Positions 13,352 to 27,707 of a stretch of 64,000 bases of DNA are shown here, piece after piece. Positions within the stretch are counted from its first letter, which is position 1, and every line of letters begins with the position of its first letter. The position numbers were made by a program, and so were the translations under genes. The notes beneath the pieces were generated by a model. The model ran no database searches. It was given only the letters and a program-made list of their open reading frames with translations, and was not told the origin of the DNA. Origin of the DNA: the human T2T-CHM13v2.0 reference genome, Homo sapiens. The stretch lies in NCBI RefSeq assembly GCF_009914755.1, contig NC_060925.1, one strand, 5' to 3'.

Positions 13352-13813
13352 AGAAAGGTCCTTTAAAAGAAAAACAAATTAAAATAACACTTTAAACTTT
13401 TAATCAAATTCCTAAAACATGTATGTGAAGTGCCTGCCAGGTTGGACTGTGGATTCACTCTAGATGGAATATACTGTTTACAGGCAATCTAATACTCAGC
13501 AGAACACCATCAACTGCATACACACTAAAATCTCTTAAATCACAATACAGTCTACATTATCATTCTGGTAAAAAAAAAAAAAATCTTCAGGAATTCCAAA
13601 TGCTATGCGTATTTCTTGTTCTTTAAAAGCTCCCAGGATCTTAGTTTGGACCTGCTTTTTCAACCTTACTTTCTCCTAGTCTCCCTTTGCCAACTATATT
13701 CTATCCCAGTGGTTCTCTAAGTGTTATTGAAAGACCAGCTGCATCATCTTCACTTGAAGTCTAGTGCACATGATTGTCAACTACACAGATATTTTACTAG
13801 TCACTAAGAGGTC

Positions 13814-13845
<32 letters not shown>
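13814..13845. repeat. (ATG)10 microsatellite
   Basis: Read directly. Confidence 0.95.
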
Positions 13846-14161
13846 AACTATATATGAAAGTCATCGTTTATGAGAACTTTTTTGTTCCTTTTATCTGCAA
13901 CTGACAAAGATCCTGAGAGATATTAAAGACATCTATTCTTATAGTTTCCACTTAAAGATGAGGAATTTCAGCTTCAGAGATTATCTGTCTCAAGGTTAAG
14001 CTAATAAGTAGCTAGGAATTAAACTCAGATTTTCTTCTTCAAATTTCTTACCTTCCCAATATCTACATTGAAATCCTTTGGTGCTATCAGGAGAGAAAAC
14101 AAATAAAACTGATGCCCATTATGTATGACCTTAATATAACCCAGGCACTGTGTAATTCTCC

Positions 14162-14163
<2 letters not shown>

Positions 14164-14220
<57 letters not shown>
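14164..14220. repeat. Uninterrupted (TA)28 microsatellite
   Basis: Read directly. Confidence 0.97.
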
Positions 14221-14222
<2 letters not shown>

Positions 14223-14684
14223 CCAATTAACCATCATTCTGTCAATTCTCTAAGAAAACTACTATCAGATTGGGATACTAGAACTCTGAGATGCAGAACA
14301 ACTTTCCCAAAGTCACCCAGCATATTTCAACTCCAAATTGTGTGAGCACAAATTCCCTTTCTTTCCAATAGAATCATACTGGGTTTTGGTTAAGGTAATT
14401 AGAATTACTCTTAGCTCTCAAAAAACATTTTGTGTCTCATGAAAGTGATCATTTTGCATTTCTTAAAAGACCAGCCAAGATTCTAAAAGCCATTAAATGA
14501 GAAAGGATGTATGATATCCTTTACATAGTGTGATACTATGTAAAGGATAAGCTTCATATCCATTGTCTTCCCTGAAGTAGGAAAGATTTTCCTGGCATTT
14601 GCCTTCTATCCCTCTGAAGGCAAGACTAAAGGGAAAAATTCTCAAAAGCTTTAAGAAATAATGTATCTTTTTCTGTCTAGGTAG

Positions 14685-14845
14685 AACTGGGTTTGAATCA
14701 GGCTCCACTTCATACTTGCTTATGAATTTGGACAAGTTATTTCATGTTTCCGAGACTCAATTTTATGTTCTGAAAAATTGGGAAAAGATTTCATAATGTT
14801 GCATTAAGGACCAAATAATATGATGTACATAAAGTCCATAGCACA
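14685..14845 (+). mobile_element. MIR fragment
   Basis: ctgggtttgaatcaggctcc..ttggacaagttattt..ctcaatttt MIR core. Confidence 0.6.
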
Positions 14846-15054
14846 TCCTAACCATGATCATGAAATCAGATATTAGAAGAGGTAACCGTCAAACTCACTA
14901 AACCATTTAGACAGTCCCAGCCTCCTGCTAGCCAATACGGAGACCAAGGAAGTTTGAGAAGCTTATCATAAACATGATTAAAGCAAGCCCCTAACAAAGA
15001 TCAATGTCTTATTAATTTTGATTTAACACTCAAATTTCAATTTTTCCCATAGCC

Positions 15055-15166
15055 CATGTTATTATACATCTAGGTTTGCCTGAGACAATTCTCATATAAT
15101 TTTAATAGGGCCTGCTTTTCCTCTAAAAATTTCCGCAGTTTGGATGATAAACTATGAGATCACACT
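15055..15166 (-). mobile_element. MER94-like hAT-Blackjack MITE
   Basis: ggtttgcctgagacaa..ttaatagggcc..gtttggatgataaactatgagatcacact resembles reverse MER94. Confidence 0.5.
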
Positions 15167-16494
15167 GCTTAAAAGGGATTTTTTTTGGCACTCACTAGTT
15201 CTATTGCATTTTGCTCTTTAAAGATAAGTAGACGATACTTGCTGAACTGTATAAAATTATGTACTCACTTGAATTTATGAAATGCCAATCTCAAGCCAAA
15301 TTTGAAGAGATAATTGCAAAATTTTGTATCATGAAAATAAAACAGCTATTAAAACAAATAGTCATCTGAAATAGAAATGTTTAGGGTGCTAAGTTTTTTA
15401 TATCATTGTTTCTCCATACGCTTTGGTATTCAAACAGCTAAAGACAACCATAAATCCTGAAAGCATGAACATTCAAGAGTCCTGTATGGCCAGATATGTT
15501 GAGTTCCAGAGTTTTTGGGGTTGAGCAGATGGCTTAGGTGTCCTTTTAGTATCTGCTCTGCCTGCATCAAAAGGAGAAAAAAGTGACACAGTATTCTTTT
15601 TAGATCTTTCTTTCATGAATATGCATAAATATAGCATTCATGAATCACTGAGATGTAGGAGACTGTTAAATTGCCTTTTTGCTAGAGCTTTTTTTTTTTT
15701 TTTTTTAAAGAACTTATGAGTCACCATACTTTTGGCTCAATTGCAATTCCTTTTTTAGAGGTCATTTTTGAATCTGTTCCACTGGTGGTATGTAAGCTGG
15801 AATCAAGTGGAGGCATGAAGATCCGCTAATAATGACTTATTAAAGTTCTTTATCTTGCCCTGTAGCCAAAAACGTTTCTAGTGACAATGTAGGTGCCAAG
15901 GGTTTAATTCAGATTGTCATTAATAAATGGCAAAGATTATCGGGCAAAATAATAATAATAAGAGACAGTGAAAAGGAAAAATAAACTTTCTTAGTAGAAC
16001 TTATTCTGCTCTGTTACCTATTCTGTCACTATCTTGATAACTATTTGAAAGCATGAATTTGCCCTAGAATCTAGAAAGATCTTATTTCCTTCTTTAAAAC
16101 ACTGGACATAAATCTTCAGGTATTCCTTGGTATTTTTCCTGGTTCTAAAATATGAAGAGCAAATATATTACATTGCTTACCATTACCCCGTCACACTCTT
16201 GACAAATCTTAATAATCTGGGTTTTTTCCTCATCTAATACCTCATAGTCATTTTCATTCCAACTTGAGAAGCAGGTACTTTCAATTAAGTGGCACTAGAA
16301 TCTTATGAAATCTGTAAGCCTTTCCTAGTACAGATTTCCTAAGGCACAAGGAAGAATGTAATTGTTTAGTTCTCACCTTTTAAAAATGTATGAAATTACT
16401 TGGATATTTAGCTTGTTTTCTTTTCTTTTATTTAGGGGCTGTGTTCTTTCCTTTAAATCATTTGTGTAGGTAAAAGCAGTGATTTGTTCAGCTT

Positions 16495-16876
16495 TTGCTA
16501 GGTTATTCTGTTATAACAGTCAAGGTCTAAGTGACTCCAACAATAAAATTTATTTCTTGCTCACGTAAACAGTTCAACTGCAGTTTTGCTTCTGTTCCAT
16601 GTGTCTTCCTCATTCTAGGACCAGATTCATATCACTTACCTGGCTCATATTCTTCTCATGGCAGAGGGAAAGTCTGAGACATAACCATTAGTAGTTCTTG
16701 GAGCCTGTGCTAAGATGTGGTGCACATCACTTCTGCTATTTCATTGGCCAAAGCAAGTCACATGATCACCAATGTCAATAGGAAGAAGGCCTTGCACATC
16801 ATCTAAAAATGGGTATAAATGTGTAATCCTCTCATGGGGAAGTAAGTGAATATTTGTGAATAATAATAGAATCTCA
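16495..16876 (-). mobile_element. Old MaLR LTR (MLT1K-like)
   Basis: aaaatttatttcttgctcacg.. and tcattggccaaagcaagtcacatg motifs. Confidence 0.55.
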
Positions 16877-17854
16877 CGTGGCATATATTTGTTTGCTTAT
16901 AAAAGAGTGCTTGTTCTCCATGAAACATATTGGAATAGAGAGAGAGAGGACTGACTACCTTTTACTTAAGTGCAACAAGATAACAGTTCAGATTTCCTGC
17001 TGACTCTGGGAGATACTTAATCTCCTGGAAAGACACATCTATGAATTTTGCTTGTAAGCTGGCAGATAAATGGCCGGTGCATGAACCCAAGATAGGGTTG
17101 ATTTTTCCCTCAATGTTTTTATGCTGCTTTGCACCTGGACTCCATGAGCTAGATCAGAGAAAGCCCACAGAGCATTTTTGCAGAATAATGTCATAAATGC
17201 CCACATAATTTTAATTACAGATGAAGCTTAAATGGATAATTCAAAATATGCTCCAGTCATACAGAGGGAGAGTAAATTATCATCTATTATTGACTGAAAG
17301 AACTAGAAAGACAAGTAAATGGTTGCTAGGCCCTTTGCTATCATTTAGAGAAATAGAAGAGCACAAAAATGGTAAAGACATGAGCCTGCAGATATGTAAG
17401 AGAAAGATTTTTTTGTCGTTGTTATATTTGTTTTTAACAGAAAGAAGTTTGGAACAAGCAAAAGAAAAGAGTTTCACTGGGAATCTTGCCTTTCTAGTGT
17501 AAAAGAGGGTGAAGACTTTAATAAATAAATCTAGCATTTGTGAACTGGAAGTGATGGCTGAAAAAAAATAAAGGAAGGATCACAGAGCCCTGTGAAAGTT
17601 TGGGGAACTTGTCCTAGCAGGTTGACACAATTTGACTTGAAAATGATACACTGTTGGTGTCCTTTGCCCTGACTATAGGTGACAGACGACTGGAACAGAA
17701 GAGGCACACTGATCGGGGAGGAAAAAAAAAAAGACCAACCTTCCACTCTATCATTTCAAAACAAATATGTATTTATGCTTGGAAATGGAAGGAAAAAGGC
17801 CAAAGGTATTCTACATTTTTATCAAATGCCTTTATCCATGCAACGCAAAGCTTT

Positions 17855-17988
17855 GGCATTACCTGCGAGACTGTTAGAAATGCAGACTCTCAGGCCCCAG
17901 CACAGATGTAGTGAATTAGAATCTGACTTTCGCAAGATCTCAGGTGATCTGTTTGCACTTTAAATAAGTTTGGGAAGTACTGATCTAG
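17855..17988 (+). mobile_element. MER5A hAT-Charlie fragment
   Basis: ggcattacctg..tgttagaaatgcagactctcaggcccc..aagatctcaggtgat..gtttgggaagtactg. Confidence 0.8.
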
Positions 17989-19712
17989 GATGAGTAGCCC
18001 CTTGCTAGGGGAATGCACGTATGTTATTTTACATTATCATCACCACATACACTCATAGTATTTGTTTCCAAAATTTAAGAATTAGAGAACTTAATTTCAT
18101 AAACTGGGAAAAATCATACATATGTTAAGTAGTGGATTAAGGATTTGGACCCAGTTCTGTGACTCCACAATCTTTATCTTCCCCATTCTGCTATCTTTTC
18201 TTACATTTATTTTTGTACCCACAAAAGAACAAAAAATAAAAGCTCTGCTTCCTTTGGATCTCAATTTTTTAAAAGTCAAAACCCAGTACTTCCTTTACTC
18301 ATATTTCCTCCCTGTCTCAATCTTCTCTCTTAGTGTTGATATGTACAAAGATGTGCTCTATACAGTAAGAAAACATCAAAAATTTAATCGCAATTCTTGT
18401 TGATAGTTCAAAGAAATAAGAAAATTTTTTATAAATGACTATGTTTTATCAATTCTGGATGCCAGTCGTTTTTATAAAATTGTCAAAGCAACTAGTATAT
18501 GGATATGATAGACTATTTATAATTATGTTTCACAAGGATAAAACTGGAACTCACAGATCATATAATCATTGACTCAGCTATAAAAAGATTTAGAGATAAT
18601 CTCTTCCTGTGCCCTATGACATTAGGTTACTTTCCAAGGTCACCTATTGCAGAGACATGGTTAAAACTCAAGTATTCAGATTTGCAGTGTAGGGTTCATC
18701 CTTTTCTACTATGTATCATACTGCTTCAAAGAGGAAGTTAAGAGTAACTATCAATTAGATATCATTAGGTAAGTACACAAATTTTGCATGATATTTTAAG
18801 GCGAAGAATCAGTACTGAGATCCTCTTCCCAAACCAATCAAAGGCCCATTTATTGAGAGGTAACCAGATAAAATAAAATGGTTGTAAACCAAACACTCCC
18901 TGGTGGTTCCTCGTAGGAAGCCATGCTTCCCCAGCTTCAAGCCTTTCTATGAATTCTATCCAAAACAGGGTTGGATCAGATTCTTACTGAGATCCTACTT
19001 GACTTAATCCTTGGCTTGGGGTTACTAGGGAATTAAGACATATTCAAAGGAAAAGAAAAGGAAAAAATAAGCAGCTGGAGTTTGTGTGCTTGGGTATGCT
19101 TCTATGTATGTATACACAATAGTTTAAGCCTGGCTAAGACTTTTATGATTCATGTCATTTCTTGTATACAGACTTCATCTCAGTTCTTAGTGGTTTTTCA
19201 GTAACAAGGTATTTGCTTAGCAGGGAAAATAAGTGTTTCTCCCTGTGATTGCCAGACTGGTGTTGGTCTCTCTGCAGAGCACATTTCCTCATCAAGAACT
19301 CAGGCCCTCTAAATAGGACAGAGCAACAAGTATTGGCATGCAGACAAAAACCTGCAGAGAGTGCCAGCTGACTCTTCAGTTTCTTCACCAGGTACAGTGC
19401 AGAGACAGAAAAATGAAACAGCACACAGCTGAAGGAAGAAAAGGCACATGAAATAAATATGATAGATGCAATGGAGATAAGATATTGAAAAGCAGAGAAT
19501 AATATTGAGGGCATCAGTGGAACCAGACTAGGTTGGAGAGGATAATGTTCTTAGGAACAATTTCAATAGGAGCCTTTAATAGATTTATACAATTCTATAA
19601 GTTTTTCTAAATTTCTTTTTTTATTTTGAATAATTTGCTAGTCTCTTCTTGCTGATCTATGTCCACATGTAAGTCAAATATTGAAAATATATGCCCTAAT
19701 TTAAAACAATGT

Positions 19713-19985
19713 CTGACACACAGAGAAGGCCATGTGAAGACAGAGACGGAGATTGGAGTTATGTTGCCACGAGCCAAGGGACACCAACAATTGCTGACAT
19801 CTACCACAGGCTGGGAAATGGGCACAGAATGGATTCCCCCTGAGAGCCTCCCGAAGGAAACAACCCTGCCAAAACCTTGGTTTTGGATTTCTTCTGGCTC
19901 CAGAACTATAAGACAATGTATTTCTGTTGTTTTGAACCACCCAGTTTGTAGTAATTTTTTATGACAGCCCTAGCAAACTAATATA
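19713..19985 (+). mobile_element. MaLR LTR 3' half, MLT1C-like
   Basis: gaaggccatgtgaagacagag..gattggagttatg..agccaaggg..ccagaactataaga..cagccctagcaaactaata. Confidence 0.8.
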
Positions 19986-20369
19986 GATATTTAGGTGAAT
20001 GGATTTCTAATAATAGATATACTTTTAAAAGTATCCTAATTTTTAATGTATTTAGTCATGAGAAAAATATATCAACAAACTAGGGTAAAACATTTTATAG
20101 TATTTTCCGTATTTCGTATATAAGTAAACTGAGGCACAGAGAAGACAGCAACTAGAAATAAAATTCTTAGCTAGCTTTTTAAAAAAGTGTTTATTTAATG
20201 TTATTCTCTATCAGGTAATTGCTGTGGTGGTCTGTGTGCATCTTCTCATTTATTCATAGAAAGACTACTCTTCATGAGATAAGTATTTCAGTCTCTAGAT
20301 TAGGTAACAGGCTAGTAACAGAGTTGGATTTGAAACCAGAGCTGTCTATTCTAAGTCCATGCTTTTAAA

Positions 20370-20460
20370 CATGGGTCAGCAAAATTTTCCTGTAAAGGGC
20401 CAGATAGTAAATATTTTTGGCTATGCAGGCCAAATGATCTCGGCAACTTCTCATTTCTGA
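20370..20460 (+). mobile_element. MER58-like hAT fragment
   Basis: gggtcagcaaaattttcctgtaaagggccagatagtaaatattt. Confidence 0.75.
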
Positions 20461-20498
20461 TCATGTCATTATAGATAATACATGAGCAAAAAATAACA

Positions 20499-20828
20499 GT
20501 GTATTTGGGCTGCTGTAAGAGGACACCATAGACTGGGTGGCTTATAAATAATAGAAATGTATTTCTCATAGTTCTGAAGGCTGGGAAATCCAACATAAAG
20601 GTGAATTCAGTGACTGGTGAGGGCCCGTTCTTCAGGGGTGGCACCTTCTGGCTGTGTCCTTACAGAGTGAAAGGGGCAAACAAGCTCCCTCAGGCCTCTT
20701 TTGTAAGAGTACTAATCCTTTTTATGATCTGTTCACCTCCCAAAGGGCCTACTCCTAATACCGTCACCTTGGGGCTTAGGATTTCAACATATGAATTTTG
20801 AGGGGACATAAACATTTAGACCATAGCA
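20499..20828 (-). mobile_element. MaLR solo LTR, MLT1A-like
   Basis: ccatagactgggtggcttataaa..tttctcatagttctg..atttcaacatatgaattttg..aaacatttagaccatagCA. Confidence 0.8.
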
Positions 20829-21452
20829 AAAGTCTAGAATAAGATTTCTGGTTTCTTGCAGAAAATTGGAGGAAAAGAGTGAAACTGACAGAAGAGAATA
20901 CATCTCAAGTTTTAGACCAATGCAGACCCACAACATTCTTTTCTTTTCTTTTTGTTGTGTGTGTGTGGTTTTATTTTTACCTCTATTTCCATCATATTCC
21001 AAAAACTATCTGCTTGAGATAAAAATGGATTAAGTATTGCAGAGTTTAAGGCAATTTTAAAGTGTATTTTTATATAGATTCTGCTATGAATGTGGTAGCT
21101 GAGTATTAGAAAAATGTCTTGAGGGAAAACTCTTCTAAAAATAATATTTCTAGCAAAAGACAGAAATGGTATAGGAATTGGTAAGCATTTCCTATTACCT
21201 ATACTTTAATTTAATAGCCTATGCTTATTTTGATCACTTAATTGCATTTACTAGCAGTGGTTATTTATATGTAGCTGCTTTTCTGATTTCATGATACTTA
21301 GAATAAAATTCAGGTAAACTGTGCCTTTGCTCTGCTATTGCCTGATTTATATATAATAGAAATATGTAGAATTCATTTTTCTGTGTTATTCATTCTAGAT
21401 TTCATCTTATAATTGATTTCTGTATTGTTCAGCTCACAATAAAGTATATCAG

Positions 21453-21812
21453 TGCAATATACACTAAATGTTTGTGTCCCCCCTCCGCCTCAAATTTGTA
21501 TGTTGAAATTCTAAAGCCTAACGTGAGGGTATTAGGAACTGGGGTTTTGGGGAGCCAATTAGGCCATGAGGGTGGAGCTGTCATCAATGAGATTTTGTTT
21601 TTTTTTTTATAAGATAGACCCCAGGGAATTTTCGCAGCCTTTTTCTCACATGTGAGGATGCAACCAGAAGTTAGCAACCTGGAAGAGGGCCTTCACCCGA
21701 ACCTGACATCTTAATCTCAGACTTTCAGTCTCCAAAACTATAAGAAGTAAATTTCTGTTGTTAATAAACCACCCAGTATATGGTACTTCTTATAGCAGCC
21801 CAAACTAAGACA
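21453..21812 (+). mobile_element. MaLR solo LTR, MLT1A-like
   Basis: aatgtttgtgtcccc..caaatttgtatgttgaaatt..ggccatgagggtggagc..tatagcagcccaaactaagaCA. Confidence 0.8.
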
Positions 21813-22532
21813 ATCAACAGATGCAATGTATAAGTTCAAAGATTCACAAAATGATAGCATTACTCCCATCTATTCAATTACTCTGTGTATCAAGAGAAAA
21901 GACTTGTTTATTGTCAGTTGGATTATTGACTTCCTTAGCTGTTTTAGTAAGGTCATTTTATTAACCCCTCTATGAAATCGGTGTATTAGAGGCCTTTTAA
22001 AACCTCCTTGATGGGGGATACGCATTCCATATCAGAGAGCCCTATCTTAAACCACAAAGTATGATGAACTCTAGTGAAGAATCATTTCTGGTAAATTTAC
22101 AGACCATGAGCCCTGTTTCTGTTCTTTTACCTATGAGAGATTCTCTTGACAAACAGGGAGAGAACTTGGGAAAAGCAGGAAGAAGGCCAGGCTTCCAGGA
22201 GTCCCTGAGGACCTTGGAGGTTATCCATGTGTTCCAGATGAGGAGACTCAGAAAATAAGAAATTTGTTCATTACTAGCCAATCAAGTATTTATTGAAGTT
22301 ACCATGTGACAAGTTCTGGTTGAGTATTGAATTTCCAGTGGTAAATAACAACAAAAAATGTAGAAATGTAAACATGAATAAACACCTGAAAATAAAAATA
22401 TAAGGAAAAAAATACACATATATACATCTATATACATATATTGTTTGTATATATACATATGGTGGGTGTATATATATCTACATATGTGTAAATTATATAT
22501 ATGTGAGTATATATGTGTTTATGCACATATAA

Positions 22533-22983
<451 letters not shown>

Positions 22984-24697
22984 AGCAAGGATCCTTTTTA
23001 AGCCTATAGAAACCTTATCTGTTGTTAGGGATATTATATAAATTTCAGAATCTTAGATAAATGAATGAATCACTTCACATGAGAAAGGAACTGAAAAAGA
23101 AAGAAAAAGTTATCATCTGGTGGTAGAAGGAGGGGTTGAAAGAATGGGAAAGAAGGAGTAGGAAATAGAGCCAGCACAGCTTGAGCTTAGAAGAGAGAAA
23201 AAACTCTATTTGAGCAGTTAACATGAGGCTTAGTGCATTTCAAGGATAAATAAATCCATTATTGTTGTTGAAATAATCTGGCATCTCTTCTGTAAAAATA
23301 TCCTTTAAAAAGTTCAGTAATGATCTAGACTACCGTTTGGGCGTTTAAAGTTTTAAAGTTTATTTATTTATTTTTTAAAGCATGACAATTCAGTTTTGTT
23401 GGGGTTACACATGGTTCTTGCCCTCACTAAATGCAGAATTCAGATGATAAATATCTGGTGCTTAGATTTTATTTGGTTTACTTCAGGAGAGAGCTGCAGT
23501 GTGACTTGCTGGCAAAAGAAGACAGAAAGTGTCATTATATGTGAAGTCATTGAGGGATTCTCTTCCTTGCTGAGTTGTAAAGGGGTGATTTGAACCATGT
23601 TTCAAATGACCTTTAGAAAAGATCAGACACAAGTGTGGCTCACCAACGGGGTCACTTCATTTCCCCCTTTGTGACTGAAGCACTGGGTTTCTTTTTCAGT
23701 GTTGGTGGTTATAGAGTAACAATCACTGAATTACACAAAACAAGGTTCTAGCTTCATTTTGCCACTAACTAGTTTTATGACTGTCATCTATGTACTTAAT
23801 TTCTTGATGCCTATTTCCTTAAAAACAACAACAAAAAAGTTTCAATGCAAGATAATTTGCGAACCATTTTCTTATAATCTGTTGACTCACAGAGGAGTTT
23901 TCCAAGGGGAGTCCATGATTTAAAAGAATTCTAGGAGGGAATCATTTAATAAATTTTTATGTATTTTTAAACAAGAAGCTGTTTCTAATTTGTTGTATGG
24001 CTTGGATTTTTTTGTACATGGCATTTTCTTTGACAAGTGACAGATGGTTATACCCCAATGCCACAGGTACTCCTGTAGAACTATAAATTTGTCCTCCTTG
24101 CTTAAAACTATAGCTCATTGGGGGTTTTTATATATCTTAGAAAAACTGCCCATGGTACATTAACTGGAGTGATATACTGTTTCTGTATGATTTTAAAAGA
24201 AGTAAAATTATCTACATTTATAAGTTGGAAAGTGACATATGGCTACTGCCCAATAGTCAAGTCTATCTTTTAGGTATAAGATGCAATACAAAATCACTGT
24301 ATTATAAGTACTTTTCTTATTTGTTAATGCATACTTCCAGTGGTCAAATTATTTTATGCTACAGTTAAATTTTTCCTTAATAGTACTTATAAACTTTGTT
24401 TATACTGGGTCCTTATTATTATTATTATTATTATTACTTTCTAAGAAAAATGTTCTGAAACGTTACTGGATGTCTCTAGCCATTTCTCTCCATAAAGCAC
24501 ATGAAGGCATACCAATTAAATTTGTTCAAACAAGTCATCATAGTTTATAGGAGAAAATTAACATAAGTTTTAATCAAATTGAAAAAATGGAGAATTTCGC
24601 TTGTAGCTTATGACTTAGTCAAAAGCTTTTATAACTGTTGTTGTTATTGTGTTTGTGTGATTTTATATTTTTCAATTGATAGAAAAAGGCACCATTG

Positions 24698-24791
24698 ACT
24701 GATGTCTATCTTTGATACCAGGTATGTGAGCTAATTGCCAAATTACTGATGTCTATCTTTGATTCCAGGTATGTGAGCTAATTACCAAATT
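24698..24791. repeat. 47-bp tandem duplication
   Basis: 24698-24744 vs 24745-24791, 2 mismatches. Confidence 0.95.
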
Positions 24792-25276
24792 AAACTGATG
24801 GTATGTAAGAAAGTAAAAGCAAGTTTTCATTTTGAACTCTGCATTAAACATAGATTAATGGGTAGAGGACTCAGATATGTTGTGAAAATTCATATTAGAA
24901 AGTAGGACACATTTTAGCCATGAATAGCATTTTATCATCACTTCCTTCTTATTCATGAATATATTTTGGGACAGACATATCTAAAGTTTTCTGAAAGTAA
25001 AAATGGAGGAGCCATATGTGTTTATTTGCTTCGCAAAGCATATTCAGGAAAGGCACCATCACATTATTTAATCACTACAGGACTATTCTCATAATTCTCT
25101 GAAGCACAAGTACATCTATTATGAATCATAGTCAGATTTACCATTTTTAAAAATAAATAGCAGTTTTCTATATGATTGACCAAATTGATTTTGCCAAGAT
25201 GCAAGTCAAACAAAGTAATTGGCTAAAATATGCAAAAGCAACAACAACAACATCACCAAAAAGTTTTCAAAATGTT

Positions 25277-25575
25277 GCTGGCAGCACTGGCTCATGCCTG
25301 TAATCCCAGCACTTTGGGATGCTCAGGTGGGTGGATTGCTTTAGCTCAGGAGTTCAAGACCAGCCTGGGCAACATGGCGAAACCACGTCTCTACCAAAAA
25401 TACAAAAAAATTTAGCCAGACAGGGTGGCATGCGCCTGTAGTCCCAACTACCCAGGGGGCTGAGGTGGGAAGATGGCTTAAGCCCAAGAGGTCAAGGCTG
25501 CAGTGAACTGTCATGGTGCCACTCCAGCCTGGGTGACAGAGGGAGCCCCTGTCTCAAAAAAAAAAAAAAAAAAAA
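25277..25575 (+). mobile_element. Alu, AluJ-like
   Basis: ggattgctttagctcaggagttcaagaccagcctgggcaacatgg; aggtcaaggctgcagtga; poly(A) tail. Confidence 0.92.
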
Positions 25576-27707
25576 ATCTGAAATTTGAGCTCATTATGCA
25601 CAAAGCAGTTACTTCACAGTTTTTGGAGTATACATTTTTTCAAAAGTTGAAGAGGTAAAAATGGCACAAAGTAATATGCCTTGCCTCCTTTTTAAGCTAA
25701 TTTTCACACAATATCAAGTATAAGACTGAAACTGGGCAGGGCTGACAGACAATTCTTTGTTCTGTAAATTTATACCATATTTAGGCCATATTTTGGAGCT
25801 TTAATTTTTCAAATTAGCTCTGAGTATTAGCCTTTGTCTTTTATATTAGAATACTGATGATTTCTGGGTTTAAACGGGCTTTATTTAGCCCTACCACAAG
25901 TTATTCATTAGAGTTTAAAACTCTAACAAGCCATCTAAGCATTGGTGACCCCTCTGATCTCTGTTCCTTTTTCTTAATCACAACTACAGAAATTACCCAT
26001 TAGTCTTGCAACACATAGCAAGTCTAAACAAAGGCAGAAAGCAGGCTGTTGAGATTCTGGGAAATTCTAATTCCTCCTAGGGAAGAGGACAAGTAAACAG
26101 CTGAAACGTAAGGCTCTGTTCAGATCAAGACCACGTCATTATCATCTGTTTCACAGGGCTTCTATTTCTAAAGTGAGCACAAACTCTTAACACATACTTA
26201 TTTTCAGTATTCTGAACAGAAAATAATATGCTCAACAACAGTACCCTGCACATTAACTCTTCTCACTATTGAGAAAAGCAAAGCATCTCGTGTTGCCAAT
26301 TGCTAGGCATTTTATATCACTGCAAAGTCCTGCTTAAGCATTGATTTCCAGCATAGGGGTCAGCCATGTACGCGTGAGGTCTGGAGGCTTTAAATAGCAG
26401 ACTTGTGGGTATATATTCATTTAAATTCATCTCTATGTGTTCAAGTTTATTTTGCAAATGCGTAAGTGTACTAACCTACTCGACGTTGGAGTTATTACTA
26501 TGGAAACAACACTAGTTAATAAATGCCTGATTTCACATATCATTGTGCTAGACACTAATAACTGAATAAACATAGCACCTCGGCTTCTGCTTTGTTACCT
26601 CCTTAAAGGGACCCTAGAAGAGTAATCAATGAATAGTCGATAAAGGGTGACCATTTAGATTGGCTTCCTAATATCATCTTGAAAGCAATTTTCAGTTACT
26701 GTGAAGACTGGCAAGGAAAGTACTCCTGGATAAGCGTAGTTTAAGAAACCTCCAGAGGCAGAATTCTTATTAGGATAAGGGTTTTGCAGAAAATTCCCTT
26801 GTGCTGGGGAGCTTCCCCTCCCACATACAAAATTACATGATGACATTGCCTCTGGTTTGGAAACACTGTAGGTATGCTTAATATGGGTATGGCTATTGTA
26901 GGTTCGATGTTACACTAAGGGAAAGGAAGCAGAGATCTAGGACTGGTTAGCTACATGAATAGAATAGATAAAGGGAAGTCACAGAGGAAAATTGGGGAGG
27001 GAAAAGGAATGAATTTGAAGATTGATACGATGTATGTACCACTCAGAGAAAAGGGAGTCAGAATTATTGAATGTTATGCATATTTAATGCTATTGGCAAA
27101 ATTGCCATTTTTTTAGATGAATTAATCAATGTTGATTTTAGGCTAATACCATTAAATGTTGGATTTCTTTATCTCCCCTTCTGATTCCATGGTCACCAAG
27201 CAACCTTCTCATTGTGATCTGGTGTTCTTTACAAGTCTAACTACAGAGAATGAATGGCTGATCCTACAGACTTCAACAATTTTCTGTCCTCAGACAGTGA
27301 TTTATCATAATGAATTAATAAAATGACTTCTGACTTTGATGTGGCTTCTCTTGTAGTTCATTTTAAGAACAGAATGAGCTGATCATGCCAATATGAATAT
27401 TATAAACCAAGTCAATTTCTTATTATAAATTAATAAATTGATATTCTAGGGTCTACTCAGAATATATGTTGTAGTCTCTTATATTTTTTAGACACTGTCA
27501 GTCTGTCATCATAGTCTGCTAAGTCCTAGGCAGATGACAAGAAAGACTCTCTAGACTTTTGAAATCGAAGCCCAGAATCTAGATTATGGTGACCTAAAAA
27601 AGGCCTTTTAAGGACCCAACCAGAATTCCCCTAAAACCTAGCTATTTAATGGAGTGTGGCCCTTTAAAGGATACACCTACCATTTTTATCTCTATATATC
27701 TGCAGAT

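Noticed and set aside
10205-14345. ORFs with HTHT or YIYI runs (10205, 12597, 14112)
   Set aside because: Open only because of microsatellites; no protein features.
20499-21812. Two MLT1A-like LTRs as the ends of one provirus
   Set aside because: They are in opposite orientation and the ~620 bp between them does not look like MaLR internal sequence; independent solo LTRs.
24698-24800. Direct repeats as a CRISPR-like array
   Set aside because: Two abutting copies, no spacers, mammalian intron.
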